DNA from: Stellaceae bacterium | GTDB taxonomy: Bacteria > Pseudomonadota > Alphaproteobacteria > ATCC43930 > CGMCC-115725 | NCBI GenBank assembly: GCA_035604335.1 | Contig: DATNIT010000277.1 | Span: 6,181 to 30,180, forward strand | DNA length: 24,000 nucleotides | Direction of reading: 5' to 3' | Part shown: in pieces, positions 15,895 to 24,000 of the stretch | How the letters are laid out: each line of letters starts with the position of its first letter | Position numbering within the stretch: position 1 is the first letter of the stretch | The notes under the pieces: model-generated | Seen by the model: the letters and a program-made list of their open reading frames with translations, nothing else | Databases searched by the model: none | Told to the model about the DNA's origin: nothing | Translations under genes and position numbers: made by a program

Positions 15895-16320
15895 TCAATG
15901 CGCGGCGAGCCGCTTGCGTAGGAAATAGCGTGTCTGTCCCCGCGGATAGTCCTCGAGGGTCCCGAACACGCCGTAGCCGCACTTCTCGTAGAAGCCGAGC
16001 GCCTGGAAGGTGTCGAGCCAGGCCGAGTGGCAGCCACGCTCGAGCGCGCGCCGCTCCGCCCGCGCCAGGAGATCGCGGCCGTATCCCTGGCCCTTGAGCG
16101 CGTCGTGCACCCAGAGATTGTCGACGAACAACCATTCCCAATAGAGGATACCATCGAGCCCGCCAGCGAGCGCACCGTCGGCATCGCGCATCAAGATCGC
16201 AAAGCGATCTTGCGAATAGGGCACGGTGCGGGCGTTGAAATCGTCGATCGCACGCTCGATCACCTTGCGGTCCTCGCGCGCGGGCGCCTCGTCGATCGTG
16301 ATCTGGATCGGGAGTTTCAT
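15895..16320 (-). CDS. GNAT family N-acetyltransferase
   Basis: MKLPIQITIDE...LFVDNLWVHDALKGQGYGRDLLARAERRALERGCHSAWLDTFQALGFYEKCGY is the GNAT acetyl-CoA motif. ATG at 16320 (M40 of the track ORF). Confidence 0.85.
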   Translation of the reverse strand: MKLPIQITIDEAPAREDRKVIERAIDDFNARTVPYSQDRFAILMRDADGALAGGLDGILYWEWLFVDNLWVHDALKGQGYGRDLLARAERRALERGCHSAWLDTFQALGFYEKCGYGVFGTLEDYPRGQTRYFLRKRLAAH

Positions 16321-16446
16321 GGGCGATCCAGTGTGCCATCGCGCCGCCACTCTGGCGACTCGCCGAGGCACCAGAGGACGATTGACGGAGAACGCCGCCC
16401 CCGGCAAGGTGCGGCTCGTGCGCGACTGCCGCTTCATTAATCACCG

Positions 16447-18468
16447 ATGACCGCCCTGCAATCGCCGAGTGCCGACGCTCCGCCCCTGCCGGCACCGAGG
16501 GACCGCGAGCTCCGCGAGATGGCGGACGCCATCCGGGCGCTCGCCATGGACGCCGTCGAGAAAGCCAACAGCGGCCATCCCGGCATGCCCATGGGCATGG
16601 CGGATGTGGCGACGGTGCTGTTTTCCAAGTTCCTGAAGTTCGATCCGCGCGACCCCGCCTGGCCCGACCGCGACCGCTTCGTGCTCTCGGCCGGACACGG
16701 CTCGATGCTGCTCTATTCGCTCCTGCACCTCACGGGCTATGCGGAGATGACGCTCGACGAGCTGAAGCGCTTCCGCCAGCTCGGCAGCCGCACCGCGGGC
16801 CATCCGGAATACGGCCACGCGCCGGGGATCGAGACCACTACCGGGCCGCTCGGCCAGGGGCTCGGCAACGCCGTCGGCATGGCGCTCGCCGAGCGGATCA
16901 TGAACGCGCGGTTCGGCGACGGGCTGGTCGACCACCACACCTATGTGATCGCCGGCGACGGCTGCCTGATGGAGGGCATCAGCCACGAGGCGATCTCGCT
17001 CGCGGGCCATCTGAAGCTCCGCAAGCTCATCGTGCTCTGGGACGACAATTCGATCTCCATCGACGGGCCCACCGGCCTCACGGTCTCCGACGATCAGCTC
17101 GCACGCTTCGAGGCCTCGGGCTGGGACGTCTCGGCGGCCGACGGCCACGACACCGACGCGATGGCGGCGGCGCTCGAGGTCGCGCGGGCGAGCGACCGCC
17201 CCTCCCTCATCGCGTGCCGCACCACGATCGCGTTTGGCGCCCCCACCAAGGCCGGCACCGCCGCCGCCCATGGCTCGGCGCTGGGCGCGGCCGAGATCGA
17301 GGGCGCGCGCAAGCGCCTCGGCTGGCCCTACCCGCCCTTCGAGATCCCCGAAGCGATCCGGATGCGCTGGCACGCCGTCGGCGCGCGCGGGGCCGCGGCC
17401 TCGAGCGCCTGGCGCGAGCGTCTCGCCAAGGCGCCGGCGGATCTGAGGCACGAGTTCGAGCGGCGCCAGTCGGGCGAGCTGCCGAGCGGGTGGCGCGCCG
17501 CGCTCGCCGCCGTCAAAGAAAAATTCGCGGCCGACGCGCCGAAGCTCGCGACGCGCCAAGCCTCCGGCGGCGTGCTCGACGCGCTGGCGCCGGTGATCCC
17601 CGAGCTGATCGGCGGCTCCGCCGATCTGACGCCGTCCAACAACACCAAGGTCAAAAGCCAAGCGCTCCTCACCTCCAAGAACTACGGCGGCAGCTACATC
17701 CACTACGGCGTGCGCGAGCACGGCATGGCCGCCGCCATGAACGGCTTGGCGCTCCATGGCGGCGTCGTACCCTATGGCGGAACGTTCCTGATCTTCACGG
17801 ACTATTTCCGGCCGGCGATCCGGCTCTCTGCCCTGATGGGCGTGCGCGTCATCTATGTGATGACCCACGACTCCATCGGCCTCGGCGAGGATGGGCCCAC
17901 TCATCAGCCGGTGGAGCAGCTCGCGGCGTTGCGCGCGGTTCCAGGCCTACGCGTGTTCCGGCCGGCGGATGCCGTGGAGACCGCGGAGTGCTGGGAGCTC
18001 GCGCTTGCGGCGCCCAAGACGCCCTCGGTCATCGCGCTCACCCGCCAAGCCCTGCCGGCGCTGCGGCGCGACACTGGTGAAAACCGCTCGGCTCGCGGCG
18101 GCTACGTGCTGGCGGAGGCCGACGGCGCGCGGCGCGTGACATTGGTTGCCACAGGCTCGGAAGTTGCCTTGGCGATGACCGCGCGCGATCTCCTGAAAGC
18201 GAAGGGTGTGGCCGCCGCCGTGGTCTCGCTCCCGTGCTGGGAATTGTTCGATGCCCAAGACCCCGCCTATCGCGCGAGCGTGCTCGGCACGGCACCCCGC
18301 GTCGCGGTGGAGGCGGCATCGCCCTTCGGTTGGGAACGCTATGTCGGCGCGGGCGGCGCGATCGTCGGCATGACCGGCTTCGGCGCCTCCGCGCCCGCCG
18401 AGGATTTGTTCCGCCACTTCGGCATCACGGCCGAGAAGGTCGCCGAGGCGGCGTTGAGTAGGATTTAG
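16447..18468 (+). CDS. tkt: Transketolase
   Basis: 673 aa. [20 protein letters not shown]...[25 protein letters not shown]...[14 protein letters not shown]...[15 protein letters not shown] are canonical TPP-binding and transketolase motifs. Confidence 0.97.
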   Translation: MTALQSPSADAPPLPAPRDRELREMADAIRALAMDAVEKANSGHPGMPMGMADVATVLFSKFLKFDPRDPAWPDRDRFVLSAGHGSMLLYSLLHLTGYAEMTLDELKRFRQLGSRTAGHPEYGHAPGIETTTGPLGQGLGNAVGMALAERIMNARFGDGLVDHHTYVIAGDGCLMEGISHEAISLAGHLKLRKLIVLWDDNSISIDGPTGLTVSDDQLARFEASGWDVSAADGHDTDAMAAALEVARASDRPSLIACRTTIAFGAPTKAGTAAAHGSALGAAEIEGARKRLGWPYPPFEIPEAIRMRWHAVGARGAAASSAWRERLAKAPADLRHEFERRQSGELPSGWRAALAAVKEKFAADAPKLATRQASGGVLDALAPVIPELIGGSADLTPSNNTKVKSQALLTSKNYGGSYIHYGVREHGMAAAMNGLALHGGVVPYGGTFLIFTDYFRPAIRLSALMGVRVIYVMTHDSIGLGEDGPTHQPVEQLAALRAVPGLRVFRPADAVETAECWELALAAPKTPSVIALTRQALPALRRDTGENRSARGGYVLAEADGARRVTLVATGSEVALAMTARDLLKAKGVAAAVVSLPCWELFDAQDPAYRASVLGTAPRVAVEAASPFGWERYVGAGGAIVGMTGFGASAPAEDLFRHFGITAEKVAEAALSRI

Positions 18469-18488
18469 AAGGACGAACAAGCGCCGTG

Positions 18489-18594
18489 CGTCCTTCGACG
18501 CGCTCCCTAACGGTCGCTTGCTCAGGATGAGGACCTTGATCGCCACGGCACTAGATGCTCCTCATCCTGAGCAAGCGAAGCGCGTCGAAGGACG
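18489..18594. repeat. REP-like nested-hairpin element, family 1, copy B
   Basis: Perfect 15-bp outer arms cgtccttcgacgcgc / gcgcgtcgaaggacg and perfect 19-bp inner arms cgcttgctcaggatgagga / tcctcatcctgagcaagcg. Lies in the tkt-gap spacer. Confidence 0.85.
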
Positions 18595-18651
18595 CAAGCT
18601 GCGCGCACGCGGTAAGTTGCTTCAAGAACTGACGTCGGTTTGGAGGATCTC

Positions 18652-19662
18652 ATGACCACACGCATCGCGATCAACGGATTCGGCCGCATCGGGCGGCTGG
18701 TGCTGCGCGCGCTTCACGAATCCCGGCGCGACGATGTCCAATGCGTCGCCATCAACGACCTCGGCTCGGTCGCGGCCAACGCGCACCTTCTGAAGCACGA
18801 CAGCGTCCACGGTCCCTTCCCCGGCGAGATCAAGACCGGCGGCAACTGGATGGATCTGGGCCGCGGACACATCGCCGTCTCGGCCGAGCGCGATCCCGCG
18901 AAGCTGCCGTGGAAGGACCTCAAGGTCGACGTGGCGCTCGAATGCACGGGCATCTTCACCAAGCGGGAGGCGGCGGCGAAGCACCTCGAAGCCGGCGCCA
19001 AGCGCGTCATCGTGTCGGCGCCCGCCGACGGCGTCGACTTCACGCTGGTGCTGGGCGTCAACAGCGACCAGCTCGCCGCGCAGCACACGGTGATCTCGAA
19101 CGGCTCCTGCACCACCAACTGCCTGGCGCCGGTCGCCTATGTGCTCAACGAAGGCGTCGGCATCGAGCACGGCTTCATGACGACGATCCACTCCTATACC
19201 GGCGATCAGCCGACCGTCGACACGTTGCACAAGGATCTCCGCCGCGCGCGCGCCGCCGCGCTCTCGATGATCCCGACCTCCACCGGCGCCGCCAAGGCGC
19301 TGGGCCTCGTCCTGCCGGCTCTCAAGGGCAAGCTCGACGGCTCCTCGATCCGCGTGCCCACGGCGAACGTCTCGCTGATCGATTTCAAGTTCACCGCGGC
19401 CCGCGACACCTCGGCGCCGGAGATCAACGAGCTCATGGTGAGCGCCGCCAACTCCACCCGGTTCCGCGGCATCCTCGCGGTGAACAAGGAGGAGCTGGTC
19501 TCCTCCGACTTCAACCACAACCCCGCGAGCTCGACCTTCGACCTCACGCAGACGACGGTGCTGGGCAAGCGGTTCTGCCGGGTGCTCTCCTGGTACGACA
19601 ACGAGTGGGGTTTCTCCAACCGCATGGTCGAAGCCGCCGCCGCCCTCGGCAAGCTCGGCTAA
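18652..19662 (+). CDS. gap: Glyceraldehyde-3-phosphate dehydrogenase (type I)
   Basis: MTTRIAINGFGRIGR...SNGSCTTNCLAP...WYDNEWGFSNR. The ATG at 18652 has GGAGG 5 nt upstream. The track start at 18640 adds only 4 residues. Confidence 0.96.
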   Translation: MTTRIAINGFGRIGRLVLRALHESRRDDVQCVAINDLGSVAANAHLLKHDSVHGPFPGEIKTGGNWMDLGRGHIAVSAERDPAKLPWKDLKVDVALECTGIFTKREAAAKHLEAGAKRVIVSAPADGVDFTLVLGVNSDQLAAQHTVISNGSCTTNCLAPVAYVLNEGVGIEHGFMTTIHSYTGDQPTVDTLHKDLRRARAAALSMIPTSTGAAKALGLVLPALKGKLDGSSIRVPTANVSLIDFKFTAARDTSAPEINELMVSAANSTRFRGILAVNKEELVSSDFNHNPASSTFDLTQTTVLGKRFCRVLSWYDNEWGFSNRMVEAAAALGKLG

Positions 19663-19675
19663 GCGATTCTCGGGC

Positions 19676-20098
19676 GTGAGCGGCAAGCGGATCATCGTCC
19701 ATTCGCTTGGCGATGCCCGCGCCGCCCTCGCCGCGGCCCGCGCGCTCGAGGCTCCCGTCACCCTCGCGAGCGCCGCGGGCGCCGGCGGCTATGCGGGTCC
19801 GCTCTGGTTCAAGGCGCTGATCGCAGCCGCGCGCGCCGACTTTCCCGAGGTCGACGTGACCACAGTGCTCGACTGCGGCAAAGAGGCCGGTACCATCCTT
19901 GCGGCACTCCGACACGGGTTCAAACGGGTGCGCTTCACGGGCGTCGAAGCCGCTCTCGTGCCGTTGCGGGAGATCGCCCGGGAACTCGGCGCCGAGATCG
20001 AGACGGGCGACCGGCCCGAGGCGCTCGATCTCCTGGGCGAAAACGACCCGAAGGCCGCGGCGCGGGCTTATCTCGCGGCGGCAAAATGCCCCGCCTAA
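19676..20098 (+). CDS. Hypothetical protein (140 aa, Ala-rich, no recognisable motif)
   Basis: GTG start 14 nt after the gap stop. High-GC3 codon usage consistent with coding. No TM segment or signal peptide. I do not recognise the family. Confidence 0.55.
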   Translation: MSGKRIIVHSLGDARAALAAARALEAPVTLASAAGAGGYAGPLWFKALIAAARADFPEVDVTTVLDCGKEAGTILAALRHGFKRVRFTGVEAALVPLREIARELGAEIETGDRPEALDLLGENDPKAAARAYLAAAKCPA

Positions 20099-20113
20099 GC
20101 CACTCGCGCGGCT

Positions 20114-20142
20114 TTGCCGGCCACGGCACCATCTGATATATC
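20114..20142 (+). promoter_or_regulatory. Putative sigma-70-type promoter for fba-thiE
   Basis: TTGCCG (20114-20119), 17-nt spacer, TATATC (20137-20142), about 50 nt upstream of the fba ATG. It is the only AT-rich patch in this spacer and is embedded in three CTGAT(A) repeats (20133, 20147, 20153). Confidence 0.3.
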
Positions 20143-20193
20143 CCCGCTGATGCTGATAGGGCGCCTGACGGCGGGCGCAGGAGGGTTAATTCC

Positions 20194-21123
20194 ATGCGAG
20201 TGAGCGAGCAGGTCAAACGCATTCTCGACGGCTACGAGAGCGACAACCCCGGCACCAAGGCCAATCTCGCGCGCATCCTCATGCACGGCCGCCTCGGCGG
20301 CAGCGGCAAGCTGGTGATCCTGCCGGTGGACCAGGGCTTCGAGCACGGGCCCGCCCGCAGCTTCGCGCCCAACCCGCCGGCCTATGATCCGCACTATCAT
20401 TATCAACTCGCGATCGACGCGGGGCTTTCCGCCTATGCGGCACCGCTGGGATTCCTGGAGGGAGGCGCCAGCACCTTCGCGGGCGCCATCCCCACGATCC
20501 TGAAGCTCAACAGCGCCAACAGTCTGGCGCGCGCCAAGGAAGCGCCCTCCCAGGCGATCACGGCGGGCGTCAAGGATGCGCTGCGCCTCGGCTGCGCCGC
20601 CATCGGCTACACGATCTATCCGGGCTCCGATGCCGCCTACGACATGATGCACGATATCGCCGAGCTCGCCCGCGAGGCCAAGTCCTATGGCCTCGCGGTC
20701 GTGATCTGGTCCTATCCGCGCGGCGGCAACCTCTCCAAGCCCGGCGAGACCGCGGTCGACATCTGCGCCTATGCCGCGCACATGGCGGCACTTTTGGGCG
20801 CCCACATCATCAAGGTGAAACCGCCGACCGAGCACCTCGAGCTCGAGGCCGCCAAGAAGGTCTACGAGGCCCAGAAGATCGACGTGCGCACGCTCGCGGC
20901 GCGCGTCCGCCACGTCGTGCAGTCCTGCTTCGCGGGCCGGCGCATCGTGGTGTTCTCCGGCGGAGAGGCCAAGGACCTCGACGGCCTCTTCAACGAGGTG
21001 CGCGCGATCCGCGACGGCGGCGCCAACGGCTCGATCATCGGCCGCAACACCTTCCAGCGTCCCAAGGAAGACGCCCTGAAGATGCTGGACACCATCATCC
21101 AGATCTACCAGGGCAAGGCTTGA
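20194..21123 (+). CDS. fba: Class I fructose-bisphosphate aldolase (DhnA/FbaB type)
   Basis: 309 aa, ATG with GGAGGG upstream. [14 protein letters not shown]...ILKLN...IIKVKPP...GRNTFQ matches the DeoC/DhnA-type class I aldolase pattern common in alphaproteobacteria. Confidence 0.9.
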   Translation: MRVSEQVKRILDGYESDNPGTKANLARILMHGRLGGSGKLVILPVDQGFEHGPARSFAPNPPAYDPHYHYQLAIDAGLSAYAAPLGFLEGGASTFAGAIPTILKLNSANSLARAKEAPSQAITAGVKDALRLGCAAIGYTIYPGSDAAYDMMHDIAELAREAKSYGLAVVIWSYPRGGNLSKPGETAVDICAYAAHMAALLGAHIIKVKPPTEHLELEAAKKVYEAQKIDVRTLAARVRHVVQSCFAGRRIVVFSGGEAKDLDGLFNEVRAIRDGGANGSIIGRNTFQRPKEDALKMLDTIIQIYQGKA

Positions 21124-21761
21124 TCGCCGCCGCCGAGGGGACGCGTCTCTACCTCGTCACGCCCGCCGCGCTCGATCCCCGGGACTTCCGCGACCGGCTC
21201 GCCGAGGCGCTCGACGCCGGCGACGTTGCTGCCGTGCAGCTGCGCCTCAAGGACGTCGACGACGACGCGATCCGGCGCGCCTGCGACGCACTCCGGCCGG
21301 TGGCGCAGGAGCGCGGCGTCGCCTTCCTGCTGAACGACCGACCCGACCTCGCCGCCGAGACCGGTTGCGATGGCGTGCATGTGGGCCAGCAGGACACGCC
21401 CTACGCCGAAGCACGCGCGCTCATGGGCCCCGACCGCATCGTGGGCGTCACCTGCCACGCGAGCCGGGACCTCGCCATGGAGGCCGCCGAGGCCGGCGCG
21501 GACTATGTCGCCTTCGGCGCCTTCTTCCCGACCACCACCAAGGTGAGCGGCCATCGCGCCGATCTCGAGATCCTGCAATGGTGGGCCGAGATCATGACCG
21601 TGCCCTGCGTCGCGATCGGCGGCATCACGCCGGAGAATTGCGGACCCCTGGTCGCCGCCGGCGCCGATTTCCTCGCGGTGGTCTCGGCGGTCTGGACCGC
21701 GCCCGACGGCCCCGCGTCGGCGGTGAAAGCCTTCGAGAAGGCGATCGCCGCGGCGCCGTGA
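21120..21761 (+). CDS. thiE: Thiamine-phosphate synthase
   Basis: RLYLVTP...VQLRLKD...[24 protein letters not shown]...GVTCH...[15 protein letters not shown]...VAIGGI are ThiE motifs. The TTG start overlaps the fba stop (TTGA). Confidence 0.9.
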   Translation: MIAAAEGTRLYLVTPAALDPRDFRDRLAEALDAGDVAAVQLRLKDVDDDAIRRACDALRPVAQERGVAFLLNDRPDLAAETGCDGVHVGQQDTPYAEARALMGPDRIVGVTCHASRDLAMEAAEAGADYVAFGAFFPTTTKVSGHRADLEILQWWAEIMTVPCVAIGGITPENCGPLVAAGADFLAVVSAVWTAPDGPASAVKAFEKAIAAAP

Positions 21762-21845
21762 TTTGCCCTGCGGACTGTTGAGCGCGCCTTCGCTCAGAAT
21801 GCCTGAGAACTCTGCGCTGTTCGACAACACTTTCCGCCGAACGAA

Positions 21846-21869
21846 AGGGGGCGGCCCGAACCGCCCCCT
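21846..21869. terminator. GC-rich hairpin between convergent genes (terminator-like)
   Basis: agggggcgg (21846-21854) / ccgccccct (21861-21869), perfect 9-bp stem with a 6-nt loop. On the minus strand it is followed by ttcgttcgg. There is no U-tract on the plus strand. Confidence 0.5.
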
Positions 21870-21890
21870 CTCGAAGCACCGCCGCGTACG

Positions 21891-22060
21891 CTACGCCGCG
21901 CGGATGGCGGCCAGGAACTGATCGACTTGGCCGCGCAGCATTTCCGATTGCTTTGAAAGCTCGCCCGCGGCGCTCAGCACCTGGCCCGCCGCCGAGCCGG
22001 CCCCGTTTCTTCTTTTCAACGTACCCGACGCTTTGGTCGCGATCGGATACGAGACGGCCT
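21891..22060 (-). pseudogene. C-terminal remnant of a methyl-accepting chemotaxis protein gene
   Basis: The last ~35-45 aa of track ORF 21891..22313 (AAGQVLSAAGELSKQSEMLRGQVDQFLAAIRAA) match the characteristic extreme C-terminus of rhizobial MCPs. Nothing upstream resembles the signalling hairpin, HAMP or TM regions. The 5' boundary is approximate. Confidence 0.55.
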
Positions 22061-22362
22061 CGCGCGTGGCGTAACGCCCTCTCGCCTCCGCTGCTCGGCT
22101 CCTTTGCGAGAGCCGTCCCAGAGTTCGAACCCGATGAGGCTCGGGGTCACCGCTCAGAATCTCGCGCGCCGTATCGACGAAGCCCCGACAACACGTCGTC
22201 TCACATCTCAATGGGCCAGAAGATCTCGCAGTTTGACCTAGATCAATGCACCTCTGCTCTGTTCTCCATAGGACCTCGGGGAGCGAGGCAAGATGACGCA
22301 CCTGCGTCTTCACGGGTAATCGGATCCGTTAACACACAAATCAGAGTGCCGGCATTAGGCTG

Positions 22363-24000
22363 ATGTATGAGTTCTCGGTGCTCTTATGCCCGACCGCACA
22401 GATCGGTCGAAATTTGGGTCGTGGCATGAATAGCTGGCAAGAACACTGGAGCCGGGTTGGGCCGCACAGATGTGCCTGGGTCCCGATCCCTCTTTTTTTG
22501 CTTGCCTTCATCGGGCTCAGGCTTGCGGACGTGCAAACGGAGCATGAATTCCCCTACCTGCTTCTATTCTCAAATCTCGTTTTCTTGGCCCTGGCGGGGT
22601 TCGTCGTCGCCTTTCTCTTCGCCCGCAGTTTTCTGTTCCATGGCGCACCCGGGCTGCTGCTGATCGGATGTGGCGCCATGATCTGGGGCGCATCGGGAGT
22701 TGCCGGGGTCATTGGCTCCATGGCCGCCGCTCACGGCCTCGCTCTGGATGCCAATACGGTCGTAACCATCCACAACATCTGCATCTGGGAGGCGGCGCTC
22801 CTCCAACTGCTGGGTGCGGCATTCCTTTTCCGCGGGGGTGGAGTCTTGCGGGCACGCGGCTGCTGGCTCTCCGGCGCCTGCGCTCTGACCGCCGCCTCGG
22901 TCGGCTTTGTCCTGCTTGCGACGCGTTTGCATTGGACACCGGTCTTCTTCGAGCAAGGGAAAGGGGGCACTCCGGAGCGGCAGTTCTTGCTCGGCAGCAC
23001 CATCGTCACGCTTTTTCTCATCGCGACGTTGCTGCAGGGGCTGGCTAATAGCGCTTGGGCCAAATTCATGCACTGGTACACGTGCTCTCAGTTGCTGCTG
23101 GCGGTCGGATATCTCGGGATAATGATCCAGACCAACTTTGGCGGCATTCTGGGCTGGACCGGCCGGGGCGCCCAATACTTGGGTGGCATCTATATGGTCG
23201 TGGCGGCGATCGCCGCTTTCAGGGAGCGCACTGCCAAGGCAGCGACGTTGGCGCAACCCCGGATGGACGCGGTCTATCGCTACGGCTTCGCAATAGCCGT
23301 CGTTCTTGCAGCTGCAGCCCTGCGCCTCGTTTTTTTGAAGATCCTGGGGACTCAAGCCCCCTTCTTGACCTTCTATCCCGCGGTCGTCCTGGCCGCCCTC
23401 TATGGCGGCACGCGGGCGGGCCTTGCCGCGACCGTCATGTCAGCGCTCCTCGCCGACTATTTTTATATTGACCCGACAAGGTCGCTGGACGTCGAGCAGT
23501 CGGGTGATCTTCTGGCGTTGGCGATATTCACGGTCACGTGCTTTCTGTTGTCCTGGGTTGCGGGCAGGCTTCGGAAGGCCGATCAGATATTCGAATTCAA
23601 TACCGTGCTCGAGCGCGAGATCGCCGAACGCACCAAGGGACTGCAGACCCTTCTGGAGACCGCGAGTGACGGAATTCACGTTCTGGACGGGGACGGGAAC
23701 CTCGTGCTGTTCAACAAGTCCTTCCTGCGCATGCTCGGCTACGACCGGGAGGAGGCGGCCACGCTCAACGTCAAGGACTGGGATGCGGCGATTCCGCGGG
23801 ATCATCTGATAGAAACCGTGCGCACGCTCATTTGCCGACCTAGCACCTTTGAAACCGCGCACCGGCGCAAGGACGGAACGATCCTTGACGTAGAAATCAA
23901 TGCCAGGAGCATCGAACTCGATGGCAAGTCGTTTCTCTACAACTCGGCACGCGACATCACCGAGCGCAAGAAGACCGAACAAGCGTTGGTCGTTGCCCGC
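22363..24000 (+). CDS. Sensor histidine kinase, N-terminal part: multi-TM domain + DUF4118 + PAS (continues past the right edge)
   Basis: Absent from the track because it is open to the window end. Hand translation in the frame of 22363 runs stop-free from 22333 to 24000, with about 8 hydrophobic segments. Then LGTQAPFLTFYPAVVLAALYGGTRAGLAATVMSALLADYFYIDP (DUF4118), then PAS: LQTLLETASDGIHVLDGDGNLVLFNKSFLRMLGY...HRRKDGTILDVEINARSIELDGKSFLYNSARDITERK. Start is ATG 22363 or ATG 22426; both have weak RBS. Confidence 0.85.
   Translation, partial: MYEFSVLLCPTAQIGRNLGRGMNSWQEHWSRVGPHRCAWVPIPLFLLAFIGLRLADVQTEHEFPYLLLFSNLVFLALAGFVVAFLFARSFLFHGAPGLLLIGCGAMIWGASGVAGVIGSMAAAHGLALDANTVVTIHNICIWEAALLQLLGAAFLFRGGGVLRARGCWLSGACALTAASVGFVLLATRLHWTPVFFEQGKGGTPERQFLLGSTIVTLFLIATLLQGLANSAWAKFMHWYTCSQLLLAVGYLGIMIQTNFGGILGWTGRGAQYLGGIYMVVAAIAAFRERTAKAATLAQPRMDAVYRYGFAIAVVLAAAALRLVFLKILGTQAPFLTFYPAVVLAALYGGTRAGLAATVMSALLADYFYIDPTRSLDVEQSGDLLALAIFTVTCFLLSWVAGRLRKADQIFEFNTVLEREIAERTKGLQTLLETASDGIHVLDGDGNLVLFNKSFLRMLGYDREEAATLNVKDWDAAIPRDHLIETVRTLICRPSTFETAHRRKDGTILDVEINARSIELDGKSFLYNSARDITERKKTEQALVVAR

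Noticed and set aside
21062-21125. Looked for a TPP riboswitch upstream of thiE
   Set aside because: thiE overlaps the fba stop, so there is no leader sequence. No TPP-riboswitch-like CUGAGA...ACCUGAUCUGGAUAAUGCCAGCG element was seen nearby.
22121-22132. tRNA T-loop-like string GAGTTCGAACCC, possibly a tRNA fragment or island att site
   Set aside because: Flanking bases do not form a T-stem or acceptor stem on either strand. No matching direct repeat is seen elsewhere in the window.
1-24000. Searched by eye for CRISPR arrays, tandem repeats, transposase/integrase genes, toxin-antitoxin pairs and known defence-system signatures
   Set aside because: None found. Regularly spaced direct repeats are absent, and all substantial ORFs are accounted for by housekeeping families or the items listed above.

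Overview
High-GC (about 70% in the 60-nt lines I counted) alphaproteobacterial chromosomal core, Rhizobiales/Rhodospirillales-like. All calls rest on reading the supplied translations, hand translation and motif recall; no searches were run. Left to right: clpA(partial)-clpS, a phasin gene with PhaR-type CTGC-N3-GCAG operators, a PBP5-type D-Ala-D-Ala carboxypeptidase fused to a SPOR domain, and a GNAT. Next comes a lower-GC islet with an orphan, apparently frameshifted PEP-CTERM gene. Then galU-phosphomannomutase, a translationally coupled VWA / membrane J-domain (Pam18/Tim14-like) pair, GST, a molybdopterin oxidoreductase, a lipocalin-like protein and a YmdB-type phosphoesterase. The conserved zauP-like/zapA/6S RNA/ygfA module follows, then a second GNAT and a central-carbon cluster tkt-gap-[unknown 140 aa]-fba-thiE that lacks pgk. 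The right end is a lower-GC region with a chemoreceptor C-terminal remnant and a partial multi-TM DUF4118-PAS sensor kinase. Two genes running off the window edges (clpA, sensor kinase) are missing from the ORF track and were recovered by hand translation. Two families of nested-hairpin REP-like repeats punctuate intergenic regions. No CRISPR array, transposase, integrase, tRNA or rRNA was seen, and I see no recognisable defence system. The most system-like uncharacterised unit is the VWA/J-protein pair. Many very long ORFs in the track are antisense artefacts of high GC.
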